From an uncultured Gemmatimonadales bacterium (GTDB taxonomy: Bacteria > Gemmatimonadota > Gemmatimonadetes > Longimicrobiales > RSA9), in the NCBI GenBank assembly GCA_963798845.1, contig CAWCUS010000001.1, forward strand, positions 824,929 to 888,928: DNA of 64,000 bases, given 5' to 3'. Below the pieces are notes generated by a model that saw only the letters and a list, made by a program, of their open reading frames with translations, was not told where the DNA came from and searched no databases. Position 1 is the stretch's first letter, and the number at the start of each line of letters is the position of its first letter. Shown here one piece after another: positions 42,947-56,145 of the stretch. A program made the translations under genes and the position numbers.

Positions 42947-45633
42947 GCGACATCGTCGCCCGGCTGAACGCGGCGCTGGAAGGCCGCTACCGGCTCGAGC
43001 GCCAGCTCGGCGAGGGCGGGATGGCCACGGTCTTCCTGGCCCATGACCTCAAGCACGACCGGCAGGTGGCGGTCAAGGTGCTCCGGCCCGAGCTGGCCGC
43101 GGTCGTGGGCGCCGACCGCTTCCTGTCGGAGATCCGCACCACGGCCAACCTGGAGGACCCGCACATCCTCCCGCTCTACGACTCGGGCACCGCGGACTCC
43201 TTCCTCTTCTACGTCATGCCGTACGTGGAGGGCGACTCGCTCCGGGACCGGCTCGATCGGGAGCACCAGCTCCCGGTGGAGGAGGCGGTGGACATCGCCC
43301 GGAAGGTGGCCGGCGCCCTGGACTTCGCCCACCAGAAAGGGATCGTCCACCGGGACATCAAGCCGGCCAACATCCTGCTCCGGCGGGGCGAGCCGCTGGT
43401 GGCGGACTTCGGCATCGCGCTCGCGCTGTCGGAAGCGGGCGACGGTCGGCTGACCGAGACCGGGCTGAGCCTGGGCACGCCGCACTACATGAGCCCGGAG
43501 CAGGCGTCGGGGGAGCGGTCCCTGGACCCCCGCAGCGATGTCTACGCCCTCGCCTGCGTGCTCTACGAGATGGTGACGGGCGAGCCGCCGCACGCGGGCC
43601 CCACTGCGCAGGCGGTGCTCGCCAAGATCCTCACCGAGGAGCCGCGGCGGGCGCGCGAGGTGCGGCGCGCCGTCCCCGAGAACGTGGACGCGGCGCTGGC
43701 CAAGGCCCTGGAGAAGCTGCCGGCCGACCGGATGGCGTCGCCGCGCGCTTTCGTCGAGGCGCTGGACGACCCGGGCTTCCGTCACGGGGACCACAGGGCC
43801 GGGACCTCGCCGGCCGCGGCGGGGAGGACGGGGAACCCGCGGCCGTGGCAGCTGGCCACCTTCGCGCTGGCGGCCGTCGTGGCGGTGCTCGCGGGTGCCA
43901 TCGGGTTCATCCGCCCCCGGCCCATTCCGGAAGCGCCGGTCTTCCGGGCGGCCATCTCCCTGCCCCAGTCGCAGGGGATGGTCACCCCGCAGCTCGGCAC
44001 TTCCTTCACCCTCGCCCCGGATGGCAGCCGGCTGGTGTACGCGAGCCGATCGGCGGGAGCGCCGTGGCAGCTCTGGGTGCGTCCGGCCAACGCGCTGGAC
44101 GCCACGCCCATCCCCGGCACCGAGGCGAGCTTCTCTCCCGCCTTCTCGCCCGACGGGCAGGAAGTGGCGTACGCGGACCCGTCGGGGGTGCTCAAGGTGG
44201 TGGACATCGACCGCGGCTCGAACCGGACGCTGGCCGACAGCGCGGTGCTCGTGGTGGACTGGGCTCCGGACGGGCGGATCTACTACATGCACGGGGTGAG
44301 CCTCGGCGACATCTGGCGGGTGCCCGCCGCGGGCGGCGACGCCGAGCCCGCCCCGGTCATCTCCGGTGAGCCGGGCCCGACGCCGCTCTGGGGTCCCGGC
44401 GACGTGCTCCCCGGCGGCGAGGCCATGGTGATCACCCGCTTCCCGGCCGGCAACGCGGGCCCGGGCGGCGCCACGCTGGCTGTGGTGGACTTCACCACAG
44501 GGAAGGTGAAGGACCTCGGCCAGGGCACCGACCCGCGCTACCTCGCGGGGCACCTGCTCTGGGGCACCCGTGAAGGAACGCTGCTGCGGGCGCCGTTCGA
44601 TCTCGACCGGCTGGAGATCTCGGGCCCGGCGGTGCCGGTCGCGGAGGGGATCCTCCTGGACGCGACGGCCGTCATGCACTACGGCGTTTCCGAGACCGGC
44701 TCCCTGGTGTACCGCACGGGGGCATCGGCCGGCGGCGTCGGCGGATTGATGTGGGTCGACCGCGAAGGGAACCGGGAGCGGGCATCGGGCCTCGAGGTCA
44801 GCCTCACCATCGGACTGTGGGACTCGCTGGACCTGTCACCCGACGGGACCACCGTCGCCCTGAGCCGGGCCGACGGGCTCAACTCCCACATCTGGATCCA
44901 GCGGCTCGACCGCGACGCCCCGCCCAGCCGCGTCACCTTCGGAGGCACCTTCAACGTGCGGCCCCGGTGGGCCGACGGCGGCCGGTCCCTCACCTTCGTC
45001 AGCAACCTCGCCGGGCAGGGCGCTCCCACGCAGATCTGGAAGAAGTCCGCCGCGGGATCCGGTGCCCCGCAGCCCGTGGTGGTGGCCGACCGCGAGGTGG
45101 AGGAGGGCTTCGTGTCGCCGGACGGGAAGTGGTACGTCTACCGCGTGGGCGGGACGACCTCCAACCGGGACATCTACGCGAAGCGGGTCGGCGGTGACAG
45201 CGCCGGCATCCCCATCGTCGCCACGTCGCGGAACGAGCGCTCGCCCGTGCTGTCTCCCGACAGCCGCTGGCTCGCGTACGTGTCCGATGAGGCGGGCCAG
45301 GACGAGGTCTTCGTCACGCCCTTCCCGAACGCGGCCGACGGGAAGTGGCAGGTGTCCGCGGGCGGTGGCCACTCGGCGGCCTGGAGCCCGGACGGCACCG
45401 AGCTCTTCTTCGTCGGCGCGTCCAACGACATGATGGCGGCCAGCTACGCGGTGTCGGGCGGCGCCTTCGTCGTCACCGGCATCGAGACGCTCTTCAACAC
45501 CACCGGCATGCTCATGGGGATCAACAACAGGTCCTACACCATCAACCCCGTGGACGGGCGCTTCCTCGTCATCTCCCTGGGGGACGCCGAGGCCCAGCTG
45601 GTATGGGTCCAGAACTGGGACCGGGACCTGTGA
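42943..45633 (+). CDS. Ser/Thr kinase - TM - PD40/TolB-like beta-propeller
   Basis: Same architecture; GTG start overlaps the previous TGA. Confidence 0.95.
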   Translation: MSDIVARLNAALEGRYRLERQLGEGGMATVFLAHDLKHDRQVAVKVLRPELAAVVGADRFLSEIRTTANLEDPHILPLYDSGTADSFLFYVMPYVEGDSLRDRLDREHQLPVEEAVDIARKVAGALDFAHQKGIVHRDIKPANILLRRGEPLVADFGIALALSEAGDGRLTETGLSLGTPHYMSPEQASGERSLDPRSDVYALACVLYEMVTGEPPHAGPTAQAVLAKILTEEPRRAREVRRAVPENVDAALAKALEKLPADRMASPRAFVEALDDPGFRHGDHRAGTSPAAAGRTGNPRPWQLATFALAAVVAVLAGAIGFIRPRPIPEAPVFRAAISLPQSQGMVTPQLGTSFTLAPDGSRLVYASRSAGAPWQLWVRPANALDATPIPGTEASFSPAFSPDGQEVAYADPSGVLKVVDIDRGSNRTLADSAVLVVDWAPDGRIYYMHGVSLGDIWRVPAAGGDAEPAPVISGEPGPTPLWGPGDVLPGGEAMVITRFPAGNAGPGGATLAVVDFTTGKVKDLGQGTDPRYLAGHLLWGTREGTLLRAPFDLDRLEISGPAVPVAEGILLDATAVMHYGVSETGSLVYRTGASAGGVGGLMWVDREGNRERASGLEVSLTIGLWDSLDLSPDGTTVALSRADGLNSHIWIQRLDRDAPPSRVTFGGTFNVRPRWADGGRSLTFVSNLAGQGAPTQIWKKSAAGSGAPQPVVVADREVEEGFVSPDGKWYVYRVGGTTSNRDIYAKRVGGDSAGIPIVATSRNERSPVLSPDSRWLAYVSDEAGQDEVFVTPFPNAADGKWQVSAGGGHSAAWSPDGTELFFVGASNDMMAASYAVSGGAFVVTGIETLFNTTGMLMGINNRSYTINPVDGRFLVISLGDAEAQLVWVQNWDRDL

Positions 45634-45682
45634 ACGGGGCCGCACGTCCCCCGGGGGCGGCAATGGCCGTCCGCAGGCTCCG

Positions 45683-48357
<2,675 letters not shown>

Positions 48358-48361
<4 letters not shown>

Positions 48362-49224
48362 GCAATCCCGTCGTCGGGCGGCTGGACCGCCCCCAGTTCG
48401 GCGAGATCGACGCGTTCGGCCTCACGCACCCGGGGCTCGTCCGCACCGAGAACCAGGACCACTTCTTCGTCGGAGCGCTGGCCCGCGGCGTCACGGTCGA
48501 CGCCACCAGCGTGGTCGGCGAGCGGCGCCGCATCCTCCACCCCGAGCGCCTCGCTTCCATCGCCATCGTCGCCGACGGAGTCGGCAGCACCGCCGGCGGA
48601 GGCGAAGCGGCCCGGATCGCCGTGGCCGGCCTCCTCGAGTCCACCTCCCGCTTCTTCCACCACGCCGACGCCGCCGAGCGCGACGATCCGGACGTCTTCG
48701 CCCGTCTGCTCAGCGACGCCGCCCTTGCCTGTCACGAGAGCCTCCTCCAGAAGGCCGAGGCCGTCGGCGAGCCCCGACGCTACGCCACCACGCTCACCCT
48801 CTTCCTGGGACTCTGGCCCCAGGCCTACCTCCTCCAGGTCGGCGACTCCCGCGGCTACATCTACCAGGGCGGCACGCTCACCCAGGTCAGTCGCGACCAG
48901 ACCATCGCGCAGGAGCTCATCGACAGCGGCGCCCTCACGCGCACCGTCGCCGAGGGCACCCGCTGGGCCCACGTTCTCTCCAGCGCGATCGGCGGTGTGG
49001 AAGCCGCCCCGGTCGTCACCCGCATATCCCGCGAATGGGGGAGCGTCGTGCTCCTCTGCAGCGACGGCCTGACCAAGCACGTCCCCGACGCCCGCATCGC
49101 CGCGCGCCTCGCCGAGATGCGCAGCTCCCGCCAGGTCGCGGAGCAGCTCCTCCAGGACGCCCTCGACGGCGGCGGGACGGACAACATCACCGTGGTGATT
49201 GGACGGACGTTGGCGGCGACCTAG
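48358..49224 (+). CDS. PP2C-family protein phosphatase
   Basis: GLVRTENQD, VADGVG, VGDSR, LCSDGL and GGTDNIT. Confidence 0.93.
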
Positions 49225-49263
49225 GCGGGCTGCCGCCTGCGGCAGCCCCCGGGACTGGAGCCG

Positions 49264-50454
49264 CTACTCCTCCCACGGCAGCCCCGGCCGCCCGAAGTGC
49301 CCGTAATTCGTGGTGGTCCTGTAGATCGGGCGGGCCAGGCCGAAGCGCTCGATGATGGCGCCGGGGCGGAAGTCGAAGCCGGCGACGAACTCGGCGGCCG
49401 CACCGGCGTCGCCGGTGCCGAACGTCTCCACGGCCACGGACACCGGCTCCGCACGACCAATGGCGTACGCCACCTGGATCTCGGCCCGCTCCGCCATATC
49501 GCGGGCGACGACCTGCCGGGCGAGCCACCGGCAGAAGTAGGCGCCGCTCCGGTCCACCTTCGTCGGGTCCTTGCCGCTGAACGCGCCGCCGCCGTGCCGG
49601 GCCGCGCCGCCGTACGTGTCCACGATGGTCTTCCGTCCGGTCACGCCCGCGTCGGCCGCGGGACCGCCGACGGTCCACGAGCCCGCCGGATTCAGGGTGA
49701 GCCGGGTGGCCGGGCCGGCGCCGCCGTCGCCGGCGAGCCAGCCGTCGAGCGCGCGGGGGATGAGCGCGTCGGCCAGGAACGACCGGACCGTCTCCAGCGC
49801 CCCGGTCGCATGCTGGGTCGAGACGAGGACGTCCGTGACGGCCACGGGCCGGCCGCCCTCGTACGACACCGTCACCTGCGTCTTCCCGTCCGGCCGCAGC
49901 CACGGCGCTTCGCCGCTCCGTCGGGCATCGGCGAGGGCCCGGGCCAGGCGGTGGGAGAGGAGGATGGGGAGCGGCATGAGCTCGGGCGTCTCGGCCGTCG
50001 CGTAGCCGAACATGATCCCCTGGTCCCCAGCCCCGAGCTCCCCGGCGGCCCCGTTGCCGACCGCGTTCGCGATCTCGCGCGCCTGGCGCGTGAGGAGAAA
50101 GCGGATGCGGGCGTCGGCGGCGCTGAAAGGCGAGGCCGGATCGTCGTAGCCGACGCTCCGGATGGCGTCGCGGACCACCGCGTCGAAGTCGACCGCGTAG
50201 GACCCACCGTCCTCGTCCCCTCCGGCGACAGTCACCTCGCCCGCCACCACGACGTCGCCGCCCTTCACCAGCGTCTCGCAGGCCACGCGGGCGCCCGGGT
50301 CCGCGGCCAGGCAGGCGTCGAGGACGGCGTCGGATACGAGGTCGGCCACCTTGTCCGGGTGGCCGGCGGTGACGGACTCGGAGGTGAGCAGGAAGGTCGC
50401 GCCAGGGACCGCCCGGACCGTGTGCCGCTCCGCCACTTTCGCTTCGTACGCCAT
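49264..50454 (-). CDS. metK: S-adenosylmethionine synthetase
   Basis: TSESVTAGHPDK, GAGDQG and GGGAFSGKDPTKVDRS. Confidence 0.97.
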   Translation of the reverse strand: MAYEAKVAERHTVRAVPGATFLLTSESVTAGHPDKVADLVSDAVLDACLAADPGARVACETLVKGGDVVVAGEVTVAGGDEDGGSYAVDFDAVVRDAIRSVGYDDPASPFSAADARIRFLLTRQAREIANAVGNGAAGELGAGDQGIMFGYATAETPELMPLPILLSHRLARALADARRSGEAPWLRPDGKTQVTVSYEGGRPVAVTDVLVSTQHATGALETVRSFLADALIPRALDGWLAGDGGAGPATRLTLNPAGSWTVGGPAADAGVTGRKTIVDTYGGAARHGGGAFSGKDPTKVDRSGAYFCRWLARQVVARDMAERAEIQVAYAIGRAEPVSVAVETFGTGDAGAAAEFVAGFDFRPGAIIERFGLARPIYRTTTNYGHFGRPGLPWEE

Positions 50455-50500
50455 CGGACCCTCCGTCGCAGGTGATGAGGCCGCGGGAGGGGATCGCCGG

Positions 50501-50538
50501 AAAGAGAGAATCCGCGATCCCCGAAGGGCTCGCGGATC
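50501..50538 (-). terminator. Intrinsic terminator in the metK leader
   Basis: GATCCGCGA-GCCCTTCGGGGA-TCGCGGATT followed by CTCTCTTT on the minus strand. Confidence 0.7.
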
Positions 50539-50545
50539 GACCGCG

Positions 50546-50629
50546 TGGCCCTTAGTCCCCGTTCGCCCCCGTCGTGGGGCCGGGCCGGCCAAGTAGCCAG
50601 GTCGCTGTCTCTCGACCTAAATGCCGCCC
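50546..50629 (-). promoter_or_regulatory. Candidate SAM-II/SAM-V-class riboswitch
   Basis: GGGC/GCCC P1, CAUUU loop, UGGCU-A-CUUG pairing with C-U-AAG-GGCCA (bulged U); upstream of metK. Confidence 0.65.
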
Positions 50630-50650
50630 GTGGTGCGTCGCACCGGAAAA

Positions 50651-50679
50651 AGTGTAGCAGCGGAGCGGGCTCCTCGCAA
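50651..50679 (-). promoter_or_regulatory. sigma70 promoter of metK leader
   Basis: TTGCGA - 17 nt - TACACT with TGn extension. Confidence 0.7.
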
Positions 50680-50768
50680 TCCGGTCGGATCTCGGGACAC
50701 CGGGCTTGCCCGGCAGCGACGCCCGCGGCGATCGTTGGATCTCGAGGAATCGACAGAAAGGGGTGACC

Positions 50769-51167
50769 GTGCCTCAGCCCGGCAAGCGCACCGTCGCCGT
50801 CCTCGCCGCCGTCGTCCGACGAGACGACCGCCTCCTCCTCGCCCTCCGCCCCGCGGACAAGCGCCACGGAGGTCTGTGGGAATTCCCCGGCGGCAAGCTG
50901 GAGGCGGGTGAATCGTGGCCGGACGCCGCCGCGCGGGAGCTGCGGGAGGAGCTCGACGCGACAGTGACTGCGGTGGGCGAGCCGCTGTTCCGGCACCACG
51001 ACCCCGGCTCCCCCTTCGAGATCGTGTTCCTGGACGTCGAGATCACGGGCGAGCCGCGGGCGCTCGAGCACGACCAGGTCCGGTGGGTCCGGACCGAGGA
51101 GATGCCGGCGCTGCCGATGCCGCCGGCGGACGCCGCGTTCGTCGCCTGGCTCCTCCGGCGCGCCTGA
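50769..51167 (+). CDS. NUDIX hydrolase (MutT/NudG-like)
   Basis: GLWEFPGGKLEAGESWPDAAARELREEL Nudix box. Confidence 0.92.
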   Translation: MPQPGKRTVAVLAAVVRRDDRLLLALRPADKRHGGLWEFPGGKLEAGESWPDAAARELREELDATVTAVGEPLFRHHDPGSPFEIVFLDVEITGEPRALEHDQVRWVRTEEMPALPMPPADAAFVAWLLRRA

Positions 51168-51218
51168 CCGAGCGTCGCCCCGGCGGCGCCGGAGCCGTTC
51201 AGCGGCCGGGGGCCGGCG

Positions 51219-51875
51219 TCAGAAGTTGACCGGCTCCCTCGCCCGCCGCACCGTCCACTCGTGCAGCGGCTGCATGCACGCCCTCGCCTCCGCCAGCAGC
51301 GCCGGCCACTCCAGCCGGGCTGCCGGCTCGTACTCGAACGTCAGGTGCGGCGAGACTTCGCCCTCCACCTGCTCCCCGCCGCCGGCCAGCGTCACCACCT
51401 GCGTGGCGCGGCCGCGGAACCGCCGGCGCGCGTTCAGGCAGGCGGCCGCTTCCTCGAGCGAGGCGTGCCACTGCTCCGGCGACAGGTCGCCGAGCGCGAT
51501 GGGCGTGGGCGCCAGAAAGCGCTCCTCGATCTCCGGCCGCGCGGCCGCCTGCCAGTAGTCGCGCCGCCACAGCAGGCGCACGGCCGCCAGCCCCGCGTGC
51601 TCCCGCAGCAGCTCGAACAGGCGGGGCTCCCGCAGCTCGCGCCGGATGAGCCGGGCGACCGGCCAGTCGTCGTACTCCATCCCTTCGAGGTTCACCCCCA
51701 CCCACTTCCGACCGTCCTGCGGGTCCAGAGCGACGTTCCACTGCACGCCCTCGCGCCCGTCGCTCAGCCCGCCGACTTTCAGCGCCGGGCTGCCGAACGG
51801 TGCCCAGCGACTTCCGAACACGCGGCTGAACGCGATCCGCATCGCGTCGGCTTCCGGACCGAGCCATTCCAGCAT
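51219..51875 (-). CDS. Hypothetical protein
   Basis: 218-aa protein-like ORF with host codon bias; no motif recognised. Confidence 0.6.
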   Translation of the reverse strand: MLEWLGPEADAMRIAFSRVFGSRWAPFGSPALKVGGLSDGREGVQWNVALDPQDGRKWVGVNLEGMEYDDWPVARLIRRELREPRLFELLREHAGLAAVRLLWRRDYWQAAARPEIEERFLAPTPIALGDLSPEQWHASLEEAAACLNARRRFRGRATQVVTLAGGGEQVEGEVSPHLTFEYEPAARLEWPALLAEARACMQPLHEWTVRRAREPVNF

Positions 51876-51988
51876 GTTACCGCTCCTGTGGGGGCGCCCG
51901 GCGGCTCGCCGGACCGAGGGGAAGATGCCCCCCGGCGCCCGAACCCGCAACGAACCCCCCCCACCAGGCGCCCCGGGCGGCCGACGCT

Positions 51989-52280
51989 TCACCCACCGCC
52001 CTCCCACTCCCGCACGTACCGCCGCTGCGGCTCCGTCTGCGGGCTGCCTTCCGGCCACTCGCGCGCTTTCTCCATCGTCCCCCACCGGCGCAGCACTTCG
52101 GCGAGCGCTTCGTCCGGCGACATCCCGGCCCGGCGGAACAGGCAGCCCACCACCGTGTCCGTCCGCCCGATCCCGCCCAGGCAGTGGACGTAGGCCAGCG
52201 TGCCCGCGTCGCGCGTCCGCCCAGTAGCAGTCGTCTATGGGACGGCGGTCGGGCGCATCCGTCGATCGGTCGCCAGTCAT
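51989..52280 (-). pseudogene. Protein tyrosine/dual-specificity phosphatase remnant (internal deletion and frameshift)
   Basis: RPIDDCYW joined out of frame to AYVHCLGGIGRT (CX5R) ... SPQTEPQRRYVREW; this frame is absent from the ORF track. Confidence 0.8.
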
Positions 52281-52374
52281 CCGCTCAAGCTAGCGAGGGG
52301 GTGCGACAGCCGCTCGGCATCTTCATTCCCAACCCTCGCCCTCATGGCAGTCGTCCACGGTCCCGGGGCCCGGC

Positions 52375-55323
52375 TTACGAGCCTCCTCCGTTCATCTCCC
52401 GCCCCCGGTCCAGCCACGGCACGCCCTCCTTCATCCACTCCGGGGCGGGCGCGCCCTTCAGGTAGTGGTCGAAGAACTGCTTCATGCGCCGCTGGAAGTC
52501 CTTCTGGTTCGCCTCCTTCGCCAGGTGGTGCGGCTCCTCGGCGTAGGACAGGAAGATGACCTTCTTGCCCAGCTCGCGGGCGGCGATGTAGAACTCCAGG
52601 CCCTGGTTCCAGTCCACAGCGCCGTCGGCGGTGCCCTGGAGGATGAGGAACGGCGTTGTGATCTTCGGCGCGTGGGTGACGGGCGACTGCTCCTCGTAGA
52701 GGGACAGGCTGTCCCACGGGGTCACGCCCATGCGGCCCTGGCTCCACTCGATGATCCCCGCGTTGGGGCCGCCGGAGCTCTTGTACAGGATGTTGTGCAT
52801 GCTCACCAGGTCGGTGAGCGGCGCGCCGGTGACCACGGCGGCGAACAGGTCGGTCTGGGTCACGATGTAGGAGGATTCGTAGCCGCCCCAGGAGTGGCCC
52901 TGAAGCCCGATGTGCGCGGGGTCCGCGTAGCCGAGGTCGATGACCCTGTGCACCGCGGCGCTGACGTCGTCCAGCGCGGACGAGCCCGGCCGGCCGAGGG
53001 TGTAGACGATGTCCGGCATGAGCACCAGGTAGCCGTCGGACGCGTACCCGGACATGTGTGGCCGGTCGTCGTACACGGGCTGCGAGAAGGCGTGGTGCAT
53101 CTGCGACATCTTCTCGTAGAAGTACACGAGCATCGGGTACTTCTTCCCCTTCTCGTATCCGGCCGGCAGCGTCAGCGTGGCCTGGAGGCGGTTGCCGCGG
53201 CTGTCCGTGTACTCGATCAGCCGGCGCGCGCCCCAGGCGTAGTCCTTCAGCTGCGGGTTGCCGTCGGTGACCCGGCGAGGCCCGCCGAAGCGCGTGTCCG
53301 TGACCCACCAGTCGGGGAACTCCCCGAACGTCTGGCGCGTGTAGACGACGACATCCGCGTCGTCCGCCTTCGTCACGCCCTGGTACATGGCGTCACCCCA
53401 GGCCAGCGGCTCCGGCGCCGCCGCACCCGGGTCGAGGCGCCACCAGCCTGACTTCTTCGTCCAGTCGCCGTAGGCGAACAGCAGCACGGGCTTCGACAGG
53501 TCCACCGCCTGCGCCGGCCCTCCGAACCGGCCGCCGAACCGCCTCGCCGGCCGCGGCGCGGTGGGCGGCGAGTGGGCGTCGAAGGAGAAGTCGGGCTCCA
53601 GGCGGAAGCGGATGCTGTCCCGGGCGCCCACGCCGCCCGTCAGGTCCCGCGCCCCGTCGCGCCGACCGCCGGCCGCCACGCCGCCCGTCGCGACGCTCCC
53701 GCTCTCCAGTGGCACGGCCCACACGTCGTAGCGCGTGTTCAGCAGGATCGAGCGCCCGTCCTTCGACCAGCCGGCGACGCCCCACGTGCCGAGCTCGCCC
53801 GGCATTTGGCTGTCGTTCTGGCTGAAGTCCACGCCCGCCACGTCCGACAGGTTCACCGTGCGGCCGGTGGCGATCTCGGCGGCCATGGCCTCGCCGTTGC
53901 GCGACCACGCGTACCACTTCCCGTCCGGCGACGCGCCCATGGCGTCGCGAACGCTGTCGGCCAGCGTGGCGGTGTCGCCCGTGCGCGTGTCGATGCGCAC
54001 GATGTCCGCCCGCCCGGGCTGGGCCAGCAGCTCGAGCCGGTAGGGCCCGTCGCGCCGGCCGATGGCGTAGTCGCCCTGGCCGACCACCTCGACCCGCGGC
54101 ATGGCTTCCGTGCCCAGGCGCACGAACGTGCCGCCCGGCACCGACACCACGGACGTGTACGTGAACCGATTGTCGGCGGGCGCTTCCACCTTCTGCACCG
54201 ACTGCACCCGCTCGTCCTTCCAGTGCCAGACGGTGACGTCCGCCCGGTCCTCCGCGTCGCCGTCCGGCTTCTCCTTCGTCCTCTCCTCCCTGATCCCCAC
54301 CACCACGCGCGCGCGGTCCTTCGTCCACGCAGGCCGGGCGTTCTCGCTCAGGACGAAGCCGGCGGGGAAGGTTTCATCCCTGGCCGGGTCGTACGTGAAC
54401 GGGCGGGCGTCGCCTGAGGGCGGCGACCCAACCAGCACCCGCCCCGACGCCGGCGCACCCGGCCCGGCTCCGCCCGCCAGCGCCGCGCCCGCGTCGGGCC
54501 ACGCCAGGAGCACGTTGGCGCGCTGCTCCATCCCCTTCACCGTGTCGCCTTTCAGCACGGCCAGGCTCTTCCCATCCTCGCTCCACGCCAGGCCGTCGTA
54601 GAGCCAGGGACCGGTGGACAGCGCGGCGGTGCGGCCGGCTGCGGGGTCCAGCAGGTAGGCGCCGTTGCCCGCGCGGTCGGCCGCGTCGACCAGGTAGGCC
54701 AGCCGGTCGCCGGCAGAGTCGAACGCGAACGCGGACACGTTCCCGATGTTGCGGAGCGAGCCGTCGGCCAGGTCGACGAGCACCAGGTCGGCGCCGTCGT
54801 AGTCCGCTTTCGGGTCCGCCGCGGCCCTGTGCACGGCCAGCCAGCGCCCGCCCTCCGCGAACGCCACGTCCCGAGCGTCGGCGATGGAGTCGCGGGCGCC
54901 CGTGCGCAGGTCGATCCAGTGCGCCATGCGCGGCACCGGCTTCTTCTCCTTCCGCAGCTTCTTCGCCTCCTGCTCCGCAGGGGACGTCAGGAAGGCCACG
55001 TGCTTCCCGTCGCTGGCGAACACGGGCGACGCGCCGTTGCCGGCCGCGTAGTCCGCGTCGCCGTCGAGCGCCTTCACGTGCAGCTCGCTGTCGCCCTCGT
55101 TCGGCTCGTACGAGAACGCGAGCCAGCCGCCATCCGGCGACAGCTGCACGTTCCGGATCTGCCGCCACTCCCCGTAGTCGGCCAGCGTCAGGATCTTCCT
55201 GCCGTCCAGCATCGGGTGCGCGGGCGCCGAGTCCTGTCCGGCCATCGCGGCGGGCGTGCTGGCGGCGAGGAGCAGGATCAGCGCGGCGAGGCGGGACAAC
55301 CGGCGTCGGTCGTTCATGTCCAT
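52375..55323 (-). CDS. S9 family peptidase with beta-propeller
   Basis: Signal peptide, GHSWGG, GTADGAV and EPHHL. Confidence 0.93.
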   Translation of the reverse strand: MDMNDRRRLSRLAALILLLAASTPAAMAGQDSAPAHPMLDGRKILTLADYGEWRQIRNVQLSPDGGWLAFSYEPNEGDSELHVKALDGDADYAAGNGASPVFASDGKHVAFLTSPAEQEAKKLRKEKKPVPRMAHWIDLRTGARDSIADARDVAFAEGGRWLAVHRAAADPKADYDGADLVLVDLADGSLRNIGNVSAFAFDSAGDRLAYLVDAADRAGNGAYLLDPAAGRTAALSTGPWLYDGLAWSEDGKSLAVLKGDTVKGMEQRANVLLAWPDAGAALAGGAGPGAPASGRVLVGSPPSGDARPFTYDPARDETFPAGFVLSENARPAWTKDRARVVVGIREERTKEKPDGDAEDRADVTVWHWKDERVQSVQKVEAPADNRFTYTSVVSVPGGTFVRLGTEAMPRVEVVGQGDYAIGRRDGPYRLELLAQPGRADIVRIDTRTGDTATLADSVRDAMGASPDGKWYAWSRNGEAMAAEIATGRTVNLSDVAGVDFSQNDSQMPGELGTWGVAGWSKDGRSILLNTRYDVWAVPLESGSVATGGVAAGGRRDGARDLTGGVGARDSIRFRLEPDFSFDAHSPPTAPRPARRFGGRFGGPAQAVDLSKPVLLFAYGDWTKKSGWWRLDPGAAAPEPLAWGDAMYQGVTKADDADVVVYTRQTFGEFPDWWVTDTRFGGPRRVTDGNPQLKDYAWGARRLIEYTDSRGNRLQATLTLPAGYEKGKKYPMLVYFYEKMSQMHHAFSQPVYDDRPHMSGYASDGYLVLMPDIVYTLGRPGSSALDDVSAAVHRVIDLGYADPAHIGLQGHSWGGYESSYIVTQTDLFAAVVTGAPLTDLVSMHNILYKSSGGPNAGIIEWSQGRMGVTPWDSLSLYEEQSPVTHAPKITTPFLILQGTADGAVDWNQGLEFYIAARELGKKVIFLSYAEEPHHLAKEANQKDFQRRMKQFFDHYLKGAPAPEWMKEGVPWLDRGREMNGGGS

Positions 55324-55788
55324 GGCTCTGTCTGTTTCTGGCGCCCGGACGGGCGGCGGTGTGGTTCGCGGAATGGTGCAGCTTGGCACGGGGGGCGAGG
55401 CGAGGCAAGCGCCATCCAGGTCAGCCGCGGGATCGGGGGGAGGAGCCGAACGGCGCTTCCATGAGCGCAAATACGCGGGACGGGGCGGGGCACAACCCGT
55501 TCTGTCTCGATCCGTTCCTACTGGACGTCGCGCGTGTGCAGGATCTCGCGGCCTTCGCGAGGCCGCACGTCAGCCCTCTCCAGCGTCAGCACCCCCACGC
55601 AACCGGGCACCGATCGCGAGTCGGCTCGTAGCCGGTCGCCGGAGCTCGCTGCACCGAGCGGGCCGGACGTCCGTACGGCACCGTCGCTGGGGCACGCCCA
55701 CGTGGGCCACAGCTCGAGCACCTTCTCCGCGAGCTCCCGCGTCACCAGAGTGTCCGGAGGGCTCCCCTCCCTCGATGTCTTCTCGAGC

Positions 55789-55891
55789 GTGGCCGTCGGC
55801 GAAGGGGGAAGGCGTCGCGGAGGGCGAGGCCGTGGGTGGAGCGGAGGACCACGCGGTCCGGGGCGACGTCGCAGAAGGGGCAGGGTTCCAC
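55789..55891 (-). pseudogene. N-terminal fragment of a HIT family protein
   Basis: MEPCPFCDVAPDRVVLRSTHGLALRDAFP/ADGH parallels the intact HIT at 58814-59206, then breaks off. Confidence 0.75.
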
Positions 55892-55902
55892 GGGCGGAGC
55901 CT

Positions 55903-56145
55903 TCAGTATTCCCGCTGCAGCGAGTCCAGCACCGCCGCTCGCCGCGCCGCGGCGTCCGACGCTTCCAGCGCCCCCTTCACCCCCCGCGCCCCGGGGAGCC
56001 GCGACTCGCCGATCGCGCTGTCCACCTGCCGCTGCGTCACCGAGTCCGGGCGCGCCGATGACGACGCCGGCGCGCCCCCGGAGCAGGCAGCAATGGCGGG
56101 AATGCTCGTGGCGAGCAGGAGGGCAAGCGCGGTGCGACGTCGCAT
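55903..56145 (-). CDS. Small lipoprotein
   Basis: MRRR + hydrophobic stretch + IAAC lipobox; 80 aa. Confidence 0.75.
   Translation of the reverse strand: MRRRTALALLLATSIPAIAACSGGAPASSSARPDSVTQRQVDSAIGESRLPGARGVKGALEASDAAARRAAVLDSLQREY

Noticed and set aside
55518..55745. 75-aa ORF downstream of the HIT fragment
   Set aside because: No recognisable motif or RBS; looks like joined debris
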